Shown in pieces: positions 18,504 through 27,843 of a DNA stretch of 64,000 nucleotides. The notes below the pieces were generated by a model, which was given only the letters and a program-made list of their open reading frames with translations, made no database searches and was not told where the DNA came from. How positions within the stretch are numbered: the first letter of the stretch is position 1; each line of letters begins with the position of its first letter. Origin of the DNA: Nitrospirota bacterium (GTDB lineage Bacteria; Nitrospirota; Thermodesulfovibrionia; Thermodesulfovibrionales; JdFR-86); contig CAVRJY010000004.1 in the NCBI GenBank assembly GCA_963721805.1, positions 224,001-288,000 of the forward strand, given 5' to 3'. The position numbers were made by a program, and so were the translations under genes.

Positions 18504-19577
18504 TCAGTCCGCTATCTGTACCATGTGATGCGCGATAGCCCCGAGCGGGAGGACCTTCTCCACGGCCTCGAGCTTTATCGCCTCCTTGGGCATCCCGAAC
18601 ACCACGCAGGACTCCTCGTCCTGGGCTATCGTGTATGCCCCGGCATCCCTCATCTCCTTCATCCCGTGCGCGCCGTCGTCGCCCATGCCGGTCATGATGA
18701 TCCCTATCGCATTGCTGCCGGCATACAGCGCGGCGGACCGAAACAGGACGTCCACTGACGGGCGGTGGCGGCTCACGAGCGGGCCGTCCTTGACCTCGAC
18801 GTAATAACGCGCCCCGGAGCGCTTAAGCAGGGTGTGGCGGTTTCCGGGCGCGATCAGCACCTGCCCGCGTATGACCGTGTCGTTGTCCTCGGCCTCCCTG
18901 ACCGTCACGCGGCAGATCGAGTCCAGCCTCCGCGCAAACGCGGTCGTGAAGTGCTCGGGCATGTGCTGCACCACGACGATGCCGGGGCTGTCGAGCGGCA
19001 GCGCCTCTAAAAACTCTCTCAGCGCCTCGGTCCCGCCGGTCGAGGCCCCGACGACTACGACCTTCTCGGTCGTCCGCGCCATGGCCCTGGATCTGGCCGG
19101 CCTCTCGATCACCGCGTCGGCCGTGAGCTTGGGGGCCACGTGCATGCTGTGCGCGGCTATGCGCCTCACCTTCGCGACGGACGCGGCCTTCACGGCATCG
19201 CATATCAGAATCCTGTTTTCCTCTAAAAATCCCTTAACGCCCATCCGGGGCTTCGTAATTACGTCCACCGCGCCGTATTCGAGCGCCTTCATCGCGCTCT
19301 CTGTGCCATCGCCGGTGAGGCTCGAGCACATCACGACAGGGATCGGGTGCTGGCTCATGATTTTTTGAAGGAAGGTGATCCCGTCCATGCGGGGCATTTC
19401 GACGTCCAGCGTGATGACGTCCGGGGCGGCCTCCCTCATGCGCTCGGCCGCGACGTACGGGTCGGCCGCCGTGCCGATCACCTCTATGCGGGGGTCGGTC
19501 GAGAGGAGTTCCTGGAGGGTCTGGCGCACCACGGCCGAGTCGTCGACGATGAGCACCTTTATCCTGTTTTCAGCCAA
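18504..19577 (-). CDS. cheB: Chemotaxis response regulator methylesterase CheB
   Basis: REC domain plus [25 protein letters not shown]. Confidence 0.96.
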   Translation of the reverse strand: MAENRIKVLIVDDSAVVRQTLQELLSTDPRIEVIGTAADPYVAAERMREAAPDVITLDVEMPRMDGITFLQKIMSQHPIPVVMCSSLTGDGTESAMKALEYGAVDVITKPRMGVKGFLEENRILICDAVKAASVAKVRRIAAHSMHVAPKLTADAVIERPARSRAMARTTEKVVVVGASTGGTEALREFLEALPLDSPGIVVVQHMPEHFTTAFARRLDSICRVTVREAEDNDTVIRGQVLIAPGNRHTLLKRSGARYYVEVKDGPLVSRHRPSVDVLFRSAALYAGSNAIGIIMTGMGDDGAHGMKEMRDAGAYTIAQDEESCVVFGMPKEAIKLEAVEKVLPLGAIAHHMVQIAD

Positions 19578-19600
19578 GCGGTCCCTCTCTTAGATTGGTT

Positions 19601-20461
19601 TTAGATGCGCCGGTATACGGTCGAGCCCACGGCCCTGAAGGGTACGTCCAGGCCGGTGATGGTCTCGGAATGGCCCATGAACAGGAAACCGCCCGGCTCG
19701 AGGTGGCGCGCGAACTTGTTAAGCAGGCGCTCCTGCGTCGGCCGGTCGAAGTATATTACCACGTTGCGGCAGAAGATGACGTCCATCCGCTCCCTGAAGC
19801 CGAAGTCCTCGTCCATGAAGTTAATCCGCCTGAAATGCACGCGCTCCCGAAGCTCCGGAACGATGCGCGCCATCTGCTTCGAGCGGTCCTTGCTCCGCAT
19901 GACGTAGCGCTTCATCATCGCCGGCGGCACCGGCTCGAGCTTGCTCTGGTCGTATATCCCGGCCTGCGCGGCATGCAGCACGCGGGTCGAGATGTCCGTG
20001 GCCAGGATGAAGAAATCGAACTGTCCGAGACGCGTCCCGTAGTCGTCGAGCACCATGCCGAGCGTATACGGCTCTTCGCCCGTCGAGCACCCGGCGCTCC
20101 ATACGCCGAGCGGCCGCCGCGTGCCCGCGCCGGACTCCCTCTCGAGAGCCGGAAGGGCATGCTTGACCAGATGTTCGAAGTGGCTCGGCTCGCGGAAAAA
20201 GTCGGTCTTGTTCGTCGTTACGACGTCGATCATGTTTATAAGCTCGCCCTGCTCTCCAGCAGGGCTGAAGACGAACTCGATGTACTCGGCGAACGACTGC
20301 ATCTCGAGCGTGCGCAGCCGCTTTTGCAGCCGCGCCTCGATCATCGTGAGCTTGACGTCCGGCATCTTAATGCCAAGCTCCCCCTGGATGAACTCAGCGA
20401 GCCTCCGGAACTCACGGGCCTGGAGCCTCACGCCCCTCGATGTATTCTCTTCGGTGTCCAT
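19601..20461 (-). CDS. cheR: Chemotaxis methyltransferase CheR
   Basis: TTNKTDFFRE, WSAGCSTGEEPY, ATDIS, IFCRNVVIYF, GHSE. Confidence 0.96.
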   Translation of the reverse strand: MDTEENTSRGVRLQAREFRRLAEFIQGELGIKMPDVKLTMIEARLQKRLRTLEMQSFAEYIEFVFSPAGEQGELINMIDVVTTNKTDFFREPSHFEHLVKHALPALERESGAGTRRPLGVWSAGCSTGEEPYTLGMVLDDYGTRLGQFDFFILATDISTRVLHAAQAGIYDQSKLEPVPPAMMKRYVMRSKDRSKQMARIVPELRERVHFRRINFMDEDFGFRERMDVIFCRNVVIYFDRPTQERLLNKFARHLEPGGFLFMGHSETITGLDVPFRAVGSTVYRRI

Positions 20462-20516
20462 ATGGCGCTTTATTATCCCACAGATTTATTTTATAATACT
20501 AACCGGTGACTGATTC

Positions 20517-21290
20517 ATGCTAATGGCATCAGAGAGCGACCTGCTGAAGGCCTGCTCGGTCTTATTCGGGTCCGGCACGGACCTCGGCCGCGATTTTCTC
20601 TATTACCTCCAGCCTTCAGGCATAAAGACCGCATACCGAAGGCGCGCCCTCCTGACCCATCCCGATACCGCCGCGCACCGCGAGGGCCAGTCCGACAGCC
20701 TGACGGAGCAGTTCATCGAGGCCTCAAACGCATACGAGCAGTTGCTGGGCTTCGTGCTTAACCGCGACCGCGTGCGGCTCGTGCCCGGCACAGAGAAACC
20801 AGCGCCGCGCCCGGCGCAACACCGACGCCAGCACGCCGGCCGCGTCCATACCCCCCCGCGCCGCGAACATGCAAGCGGCATCTACTGCGGCTCGGTCCCA
20901 AAGCGCAGCCTCCTGTTCGGGCAGTATCTGTTCTACACCGGCGAGGTCCAGTGGGAGGCGCTCATCCGAGCCATCATATGGCAGCGCCGTCAGCGCCCGC
21001 GCATCGGGGATATCGCGCTTAGGCAGGGTCTGCTCGACGAACGTCAGGTCAAAGACGTGCTGGACGCACGGAAGCTCGGCGAGCACACCGGAGAGGCCGC
21101 AATGAGGCTCAGATACCTCAGCCGCGCCCAGCTCCATTACCTGATCCTGCACCAGAGGCGGCAGCAGCTTCCGTTCGGGGAGTTCTTCGTGAGGGAAAAC
21201 CTGATCTCGCGGCCGAGGCTGTTTAGGGTGCTATCGGAGTTCAACGCGCATAACCACATCTACACGGACAAGGGCCAGCCCTTCTCCTAA
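20517..21290 (+). CDS. J-domain (DnaJ-like) protein with C-terminal MshEN-like repeats
   Basis: IKTAYRRRALLTHPD...F.EAS.AYEQL, followed by four roughly 24-aa [FIT]G...Q-type repeats. Confidence 0.85.
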   Translation: MLMASESDLLKACSVLFGSGTDLGRDFLYYLQPSGIKTAYRRRALLTHPDTAAHREGQSDSLTEQFIEASNAYEQLLGFVLNRDRVRLVPGTEKPAPRPAQHRRQHAGRVHTPPRREHASGIYCGSVPKRSLLFGQYLFYTGEVQWEALIRAIIWQRRQRPRIGDIALRQGLLDERQVKDVLDARKLGEHTGEAAMRLRYLSRAQLHYLILHQRRQQLPFGEFFVRENLISRPRLFRVLSEFNAHNHIYTDKGQPFS

Positions 21291-22078
21291 AGCACCTCGC
21301 GAAGTCTGTCTATCGTCGCGCGTGAGCCCACGATGAACCCGGCGTGCTTGGGCATTTCTTTATTGTATGCGAGCTCTTCGATCCCCTGCATATCCGTGAC
21401 GACGCCGCCCGCGCCCTTGACGATCGCATGCCCGGCCGCGGTGTCCCACTCCCACGTCGGGCCGAAGCGGGGGTACAGGTCAGCGAGGCCCTCGGCCACG
21501 AGGCAGAACTTAAGCGCGCTTCCTGATGATATCCGCTCCCTCACAGCGATGCGCCCGAGGAACGCCTCTAAGGCCTCCGATCCGTGCGAGCGGCTCGCTA
21601 CTATGGTGTATCCGCCGGCCGGGGGGGTGCGCATCGATATCGGCACCGCCGATGTGCCTGATGAGCGGAACGCTCCGATGCCCGGCCCGCCCCAGTACAT
21701 CGTCCCGCGCGCGGGCACGCCCATCACGCCTATGGCCGGAGCGCCGCCGCGCATGAGCGCGATGTTTACGGTGAACTCGCCGTTGCGGTTTATGAACTCC
21801 TTCGTGCCGTCAAGCGGATCGACGAGGTAGAACTCGCCCCATGATTTTCGCTCCTCATACGGCACCGAGATGCCTTCCTCCGAGAACACGGGGATGCCGG
21901 GAGTGAGCTTGTAGAGGCCCTCGGCGATGATCTCGTGCGAGCGACTGTCGGCGAGGGTCAGCGGCGAGCGGTCGTCCTTGAAGTCGACCGTGAAGTCCGT
22001 ACCGTAGATCTCCATGATCGCGTTTGCGGCCTTGCGCGCCAGCGCGGCGATACCGGCGATGAGCACCGGGGCGTCCAT
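21287..22078 (-). CDS. cysQ: 3'(2'),5'-bisphosphate nucleotidase CysQ
   Basis: KDDRSPLTLAD, VDPLDGTKEFI, EFTVNIAL, ASRSH, WEWDTAAG. ATG overlaps the cysC stop (TGATG). Confidence 0.93.
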   Translation of the reverse strand: MDAPVLIAGIAALARKAANAIMEIYGTDFTVDFKDDRSPLTLADSRSHEIIAEGLYKLTPGIPVFSEEGISVPYEERKSWGEFYLVDPLDGTKEFINRNGEFTVNIALMRGGAPAIGVMGVPARGTMYWGGPGIGAFRSSGTSAVPISMRTPPAGGYTIVASRSHGSEALEAFLGRIAVRERISSGSALKFCLVAEGLADLYPRFGPTWEWDTAAGHAIVKGAGGVVTDMQGIEELAYNKEMPKHAGFIVGSRATIDRLREVL

Positions 22079-22680
22079 CAGATCAGCAGGAGGAAGCGCT
22101 TTTGCTCTAAAAATCGCAGCACCGCGTCGATGCACTCCTCGACGTCCATCGCGTCTGTATCGAGCACCAGCTCGGGGTTCTCCGGCTCCTCGTACGGGGA
22201 GTCCACGCCCGTGTAGTTTTTGATCAGCCCGGCGCGGGCCTTCTTGTACAGCCCCTTGGGGTCGCGCTTCTCGCATATGGCTATGGGACACTTGACGTAG
22301 GCCTCGAAGAAATTATCGTCTCCGACCGTGTTTTTCACGTATGCGCGGTCCTCGCGGTAAGGGGAGATGAAGGCCGCGAGCACGACTATCCCGGCGTCGA
22401 CGAACAGCCTTGAGACCTCGCCTATGCGCCGGAGGTTCTCCTTGCGGTCGTCGCGGGTGAAGCCCAGGTTTGAGTTGATGCCGTGGCGGACGTTGTCGCC
22501 GTCGAGCACGTAGGCCCTGATGCCGCGGTCGAACAGGGCCTTCTCGAGGTGGTGGCATATCGTGGACTTGCCGGAGGCCGAGAGGCCGGTAAACCAGATC
22601 AGCCCGCTGCGGTGCTTGTTCATGCGGTTGCGCTCGGACTTGTTGACCATCGTCTCGTGCCAGATGACGTTATCGCTCAT
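22078..22680 (-). CDS. cysC: Adenylyl-sulfate kinase
   Basis: WFTGLSASGKST, LDGDNVRHG, FISPYREDR, RDPKGLYKKA, SPYEEP. Confidence 0.96.
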   Translation of the reverse strand: MSDNVIWHETMVNKSERNRMNKHRSGLIWFTGLSASGKSTICHHLEKALFDRGIRAYVLDGDNVRHGINSNLGFTRDDRKENLRRIGEVSRLFVDAGIVVLAAFISPYREDRAYVKNTVGDDNFFEAYVKCPIAICEKRDPKGLYKKARAGLIKNYTGVDSPYEEPENPELVLDTDAMDVEECIDAVLRFLEQKRFLLLI

Positions 22681-22800
22681 ATGAAATAATAACAAAACAG
22701 CATGCCAGAGTGGAAGGAACAGGGGCCGCGCTGGCGCATATTGCACTTTCCAGCCTGGAATGTCAAAATTGACCGTACGTCTACAAGGAGGCTATGGCAT

Positions 22801-24177
22801 ATGGATGATGCGCGGGGCTTCAGGGTCGAGAAGGATTCTATGGGCGAGGTGCTGGTTCCGGCCGACGCGCTCTATGGGGCGCAAACCGCGCGCGCGGCCG
22901 GGAACTTCCAAATAAGCGGCTCGACTATGCCGCCGGCGCTGATCCACGCCCTCGGCATGATCAAGGCCGAATGCGCGCGCGCAAACGCCGGGCTCGGCCT
23001 GCTCGACCAGGCGCTCGCGGACTCGATCGCAGAGGCCTCGGACGAGGTCGCCGACGGGCGCTGGGACGCGGAATTCCCGATAGACATATTCCAGACCGGC
23101 TCGGGCACATCGACCAACATGAACGCCAACGAGGTCATCGCCCGGCGCGCCTCGATGCTCGCCGGGGGACGCGATGTCCACCCCAACGACCACGTGAACC
23201 TCGGGCAGTCCTCAAACGACGTGATCCCCTCGGCCATTCACGCAAGCGCCGCGATAGCGCTGGCGGGCACGCTCCTGCCTGAGCTTGACGCACTGCGCAC
23301 GTCGCTCGAGCGCCGCGCGGCCGAGTGCCGGGGAGTCATAAAGACAGGCCGGACGCACCTGATGGACGCGATGCCCGTAAGGCTCGGGCATGTGATCGGG
23401 GGCTGGGCTGCGCAGATCGCGGATGCGTCCGTAAGGCTCCAGCTCACGCTGCCGCGCATCGGGAGGCTCGCGCTCGGCGGTACCGCGGTCGGGACCGGCA
23501 TCAACGCCCACCCGGAGCTCGCGGCCCGCGTGGCCGACCTCCTCACCAAACGCACAGGGGTGAGGTTCACGGAGGCGCCGAACCACTTCGCCGCTCAGTC
23601 GTCGATGGACAACGCGGCGGAGCTGAGCGGGCAGCTAAAGACGCTCGCCAGCTCCCTGATGAAGATCGCGGACGACCTGCGGTGGATGAACTCCGGGCCG
23701 CTTGCGGGATTGGGCGAGATCAGCCTCCCGGCGCTCCAGCCGGGGTCGAGCATCATGCCCGGCAAGGTCAACCCCGTGGCCTGCGAGGCCGCGATGATGG
23801 CCGCCGCACAGGTCATCGCGAACGACCTGGCCGTAACTATCGGAAACGAGCGCGGGAACTTCGAGCTCAACACTATGCTCCCGCTGATAGCGCGCAACCT
23901 GCTTGAATCGCTGAGGCTGCTTGCGGGGGCGTGCAGCACGCTTCGGCGGCTCGCGATAGACGGGTTCTATGTCAACGAGCCGCGCATGCGCGAGGCCCTC
24001 GATAAAAACCCGATACTCGTCACCGCGCTCAACGGGGTCATCGGGTACGACCGCGCGGCCGAGATCGCCAAGCGCGCATACGCCGAGGGCCGCCCCATAC
24101 GCGAGGTCGCAAGGGAGATGACCGAGCTCAGCGATTCGGAGCTCGCCCGGTTCCTTGACCCCGGCGGCATGGCCTAG
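22801..24177 (+). CDS. fumC: Fumarate hydratase class II
   Basis: GAQT.R, QTGSGTSTNMNANE, HPNDHVN.GQSSND, GRTHLMDA, GSSIMPGKVNP. Confidence 0.93.
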   Translation: MDDARGFRVEKDSMGEVLVPADALYGAQTARAAGNFQISGSTMPPALIHALGMIKAECARANAGLGLLDQALADSIAEASDEVADGRWDAEFPIDIFQTGSGTSTNMNANEVIARRASMLAGGRDVHPNDHVNLGQSSNDVIPSAIHASAAIALAGTLLPELDALRTSLERRAAECRGVIKTGRTHLMDAMPVRLGHVIGGWAAQIADASVRLQLTLPRIGRLALGGTAVGTGINAHPELAARVADLLTKRTGVRFTEAPNHFAAQSSMDNAAELSGQLKTLASSLMKIADDLRWMNSGPLAGLGEISLPALQPGSSIMPGKVNPVACEAAMMAAAQVIANDLAVTIGNERGNFELNTMLPLIARNLLESLRLLAGACSTLRRLAIDGFYVNEPRMREALDKNPILVTALNGVIGYDRAAEIAKRAYAEGRPIREVAREMTELSDSELARFLDPGGMA

Positions 24178-24189
24178 CGCTGAGGCTGG

Positions 24190-25857
24190 ATGACGCAACC
24201 CGATAAGATCTGCGAGGCCGTGAAGGCCAAAAACGGCGCGTGGTCCATGCATCTGCGGGCCGAAGACGGCACGGCACGGGCGGCCCACAGCATCTACGAG
24301 CCCGAGGCCGAGGCCACAGCTATGGCCGGGGCGTTAGAGTTCGGCGGCGAGGGGCTGCTGGCCGTGCTCGGCGCTGGCATGGGCCACCACATCCGGGCTC
24401 TCATGGCGCGCTTCCCCTCGGCCGAAATCGTCGTGATAGAGCCGCTCCGCGAGATTTACGATACAGCTGTGGAGTGCGGCGCGCTCCCGGAGGGCCTGCG
24501 GTATGTCGTCGGCGCGGCCGCGGCCGATGCCCTGCGCGAGATCGCATCGCTTCAGGCTGGCCGAGGCATCAAACCGCTCGGGCTTTTCGTGCTGACCGCG
24601 GAGGCCTCAGCCTTCCCATCCCAATTCAACCCGCTGATCGAACCGCTTCGGAGGACCGTCTCGGTACGCCTGTGGGAGCGGTTGCGCTACGCGAAGTTCC
24701 AGGGCGGGCGGGTGAGCGTGCTCGTGTTCGACAGCGACTACTTCCTGGTGCGCGAGATCGTGAATGCCTTAACGAGGCTCGGCCACGAGGTGCGGCGCAT
24801 CGCCGTAGGCAAGGACGTGCGCCCCGATGCGATGATCGAGGCGCTGATCGGCGGCATCGTCGTGTTCAGGCCGGATTTCGTGCTCACGGTCAACCACCTG
24901 GGCTTCGACGAGCAGGGCGTGCTCACTGAGTTCCTGCGCTCGATAGAGATGCCCGCCGCGTCGTGGTTCGTTGACAGCCCGCGCATCATCGTCGGCGACC
25001 ACAAGGGCAACGTCTCACCGTATATGGTGATGTTCTCGTGGGAAAAGACATACACGGCCCGCATACGGGCGATGGGCTTCGAGCACGCTTATTACCTGCC
25101 GCTCGGTACTGACGAGACCGTGTTTAAGCCGATCAAGCCGAGCGCCAAGCAGCGCAAGAGATACGGCGGCGCTGTCGGGTTCGTCGGGGACTCGATGGTG
25201 AGGCCTGCCGCAAAGAAACTGGGCGAGCTGCCCGAACGCCTGCGGCCTATGGTCGAGGCTGTATCCGTGCTATTTGCGCGCTCTCCGCGATACGTTTCCA
25301 TGGACGCCATCATGCGTGAGGCAGCGCCCGATGCCCTGGCGCTCGAAGGCCCGGAGCGCACCGCGTTTGAGGCGGCCGTGACCTGGCGCGCGACACTGCT
25401 CTATCGGCTTGCTTGCGTGCGGAAGCTCGACGGCGGGCTCGTGATCTACGGAGACGTCGAGGGCTGGCGGACGCTCGGCCCCGGAGCCGAAATACGGCCG
25501 CCGGTCAGCTATCACGATACGCTCCCTCTGCTCTATAACTCCTGTGCGGTGAACTTCAACGCGACCAGCCTCCAGATGCCGAGCGCGGTAAACCAGCGCG
25601 TATTCGACGTCCCAGCATGCGGGGCGTTTCTGATGACCGACCACCAGGGCGCTCTCGACGAGCTGTTCGAGGCGGGCCGCGAGGTCGTCACCTACGGCTC
25701 GGCCGACGAGATACCCGAGATGCTGAGTTACTACCGCGACAGGCCGGAGCGCCGCGGCGAGATCGCGAGGCTCGGGCGCGAGCGCGTGCTCAAGGAGCAT
25801 ACCTACCTGCACCGCCTCGCAGAGCTCACAGCATGGATGCGCAGGGCTTTCGCCTGA
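24190..25857 (+). CDS. CgeB-like glycosyltransferase-family protein with Maf-like N-terminus
   Basis: HSIYEPEAEA..GAGMGHH N-terminus; SWFVDSP; NATSLQM..AVNQRVFDVPACG.F; LKEHTY.HR C-terminus. Confidence 0.75.
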   Translation: MTQPDKICEAVKAKNGAWSMHLRAEDGTARAAHSIYEPEAEATAMAGALEFGGEGLLAVLGAGMGHHIRALMARFPSAEIVVIEPLREIYDTAVECGALPEGLRYVVGAAAADALREIASLQAGRGIKPLGLFVLTAEASAFPSQFNPLIEPLRRTVSVRLWERLRYAKFQGGRVSVLVFDSDYFLVREIVNALTRLGHEVRRIAVGKDVRPDAMIEALIGGIVVFRPDFVLTVNHLGFDEQGVLTEFLRSIEMPAASWFVDSPRIIVGDHKGNVSPYMVMFSWEKTYTARIRAMGFEHAYYLPLGTDETVFKPIKPSAKQRKRYGGAVGFVGDSMVRPAAKKLGELPERLRPMVEAVSVLFARSPRYVSMDAIMREAAPDALALEGPERTAFEAAVTWRATLLYRLACVRKLDGGLVIYGDVEGWRTLGPGAEIRPPVSYHDTLPLLYNSCAVNFNATSLQMPSAVNQRVFDVPACGAFLMTDHQGALDELFEAGREVVTYGSADEIPEMLSYYRDRPERRGEIARLGRERVLKEHTYLHRLAELTAWMRRAFA

Positions 25858-25901
25858 TCTCAGCGTAAGGCGCGGGCAGAGCTGGGCAATGCCCTAAATG
25901 C

Positions 25902-27260
25902 TTAATAGTACCTCAGCCAGATATACAGCGCCGATATCCCCACGCTCATCAGCATCACCGGCATCCCGTAGAGCATGAACCGCAGGAACGTGAGCCGGTA
26001 TCCCGCGCGCTCGGCCATCCCGACCACTATCACGTTCGCAGAGGCCCCTATCGCGGTGCCGTTTCCGCCGAGGCAGGCCCCGAGTGCGAGCGACCACCAA
26101 ACGGGCATCAGCTCGCTGTGCTGAAGGAGCGCCGCACCTGACTCGCCGGGCCAGAGCCGGCTAGCCATGTCCGCGATCAGCGGGTTCATCGTGGCCACGA
26201 AGGGGATGTTGTCGACCAGCGCCGAGGCGAAGGCCGAAAACCAGAGCACAAGCATCGAGGTGCCGAGCATGTTGCCCTGCGTTATAGCCAGCGCCTTGGT
26301 ACTCATCCAGGTGATGAGCCCGACCTTCACTACCCCGCCTACGATGATGAAAAGCCCGATGAAGAAGAAGATCGTCGGCCATTCGACCTCCGCGAGCGCG
26401 CGGTGCAGGTCGTCGCGCTCACGCGAGATCAGCATCATCACCGCCGCGCCGAAGAGTGCGACCGAGGCGGGCTCGTATTTAAGCGTCCTATGAAGCACGA
26501 ATCCAACAAGCACCAATCCGAGCACCACGAGCGAGCGCTTGAGCATGACAAAGTCCTTGATCGCAGAGGCGGCGTCCATCGCCATGACCTTGCGCCTTGT
26601 GGGTTCGCTCGCGCGTAATTGTTTACCCCAGATGATCCTCGCCATGACGATGAACACGGCCATCGAGATCACGGCCACGGGCGCGACGTTTGTGATGAAG
26701 TCCATGAACCCGAGCCCGGCGCGCGATGCGATCATTATATTTGGTGGGTCGCCGATCAGGGTTGCGGTGCCGCCGATGTTGGACGAAAGCGCGCAGGCCA
26801 GAAGGTACGGCACGGGCGACACGCCGAGCTCCCCGGCTATCAGCAGCGCCACAGGCGCGATCAATAGCACGGTCGTGACGTTATCGAGTAGCGCGCTTAA
26901 CAGGGCCGTGACGACCGAGAATATCAGCAGTATGCGCACCGGCTCGCCGCGCCCTATGTGCGCGCACTTGATCGCGACATACTCAAACACCCCGGTCGGG
27001 CGCATCAGGTTTACGATTATCATCATCGAGATCAGCAGGAATATGACGTTCCAGTCCACGCCGAACGCGGCGGTATTGAACGCCTCGTGCTGGCCGAGCA
27101 CGCCAAGCGCGATCATAAGCGATGCCCCGGCAAGGGCGACCGCTGTCTTGTGCGCCCAGTCCATGACAATAGCGAGATATGAGAGCGCGAATATGGCGGT
27201 CGCGGCCCAGAATATCGCGTCCATTACAACGGGCTGCGCCCCGGCTGGCATCGTTGTCAT
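25902..27260 (-). CDS. ArsB/NhaD/CitMHS-family (IT superfamily) transporter
   Basis: SALLDNVTTVLL, SNIGGTATLIGDPPN, SALVDNIPF, ACLGGNGTAIGASAN; many TM helices. Substrate unknown. Confidence 0.88.
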   Translation of the reverse strand: MTTMPAGAQPVVMDAIFWAATAIFALSYLAIVMDWAHKTAVALAGASLMIALGVLGQHEAFNTAAFGVDWNVIFLLISMMIIVNLMRPTGVFEYVAIKCAHIGRGEPVRILLIFSVVTALLSALLDNVTTVLLIAPVALLIAGELGVSPVPYLLACALSSNIGGTATLIGDPPNIMIASRAGLGFMDFITNVAPVAVISMAVFIVMARIIWGKQLRASEPTRRKVMAMDAASAIKDFVMLKRSLVVLGLVLVGFVLHRTLKYEPASVALFGAAVMMLISRERDDLHRALAEVEWPTIFFFIGLFIIVGGVVKVGLITWMSTKALAITQGNMLGTSMLVLWFSAFASALVDNIPFVATMNPLIADMASRLWPGESGAALLQHSELMPVWWSLALGACLGGNGTAIGASANVIVVGMAERAGYRLTFLRFMLYGMPVMLMSVGISALYIWLRYY

Positions 27261-27293
27261 CGGCAGGCCTTCTTCATAGCAGCTATTATAAGG

Positions 27294-27333
27294 CAAAAAG
27301 AATAGCCCCCGCATGCTCGTGCATGCGGGGGCT
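27294..27333 (-). terminator. Rho-independent terminator after cheW
   Basis: Perfect 13-bp stem AGCCCCCGCATGC/GCATGCGGGGGCT with a 4-nt loop, followed on the minus strand by ATTCTTTTTG. Confidence 0.75.
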
Positions 27334-27355
27334 CCATAGCTTTTATTGCTACGCC

Positions 27356-27841
27356 TTACTCTCCTGCGGCAGAGACCGCTTGAAGCTCCACCTCCGAAAA
27401 CACCCTGTCGATGTCCAGCAGCAGGATGAAGTTGTCGTTGTGCTTGCCCATCCCCTTTAAAAACGCGGTGTTAAGGTGAGTCCCGATCCGGGGCGCGGGC
27501 TCTATCTGCTCCGGCGAGAGGTCAAAGACCTCACGCACAGAGTCCGCCATCGCCCCGATCATCGCGTGCTCGTCCCCGAGCGCGACCTCGGTGATTATGA
27601 TGCAGGTGTTTATGCCACGCTCGGTGCGCGGCATCCCGAACTTGAGCTTCAGGTCCACGACCGGCACCACCCCGCCGCGCAGGTTTATCACCCCGCGCAT
27701 GAAATCCGGCGTCTGCGGCACCTTCGTCGGCTCGGTATAGTCCAGCACCTCCCTGACCTTCGATATGTCCAGCGCAAAGACCTCGCCCCCCAGCGTGAAG
27801 GACAGGTACTGCGACGTCTGCGTTATGTTAGCCACGCTCAT
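27356..27841 (-). CDS. cheW: Chemotaxis coupling protein CheW
   Basis: QYLSFTLG.E.FALDI..VREV, VPQTPDFMRGVINLRG.VVPVVDL. Confidence 0.95.
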   Translation of the reverse strand: MSVANITQTSQYLSFTLGGEVFALDISKVREVLDYTEPTKVPQTPDFMRGVINLRGGVVPVVDLKLKFGMPRTERGINTCIIITEVALGDEHAMIGAMADSVREVFDLSPEQIEPAPRIGTHLNTAFLKGMGKHNDNFILLLDIDRVFSEVELQAVSAAGE

Positions 27842-27843
27842 GG

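Noticed and set aside
25902..27260. Transporter as the arsenite pump of the ArsR operon
   Set aside because: It lies 9 kb away with no copy of the ArsR palindrome seen upstream, and this family covers many substrates. A link cannot be supported.
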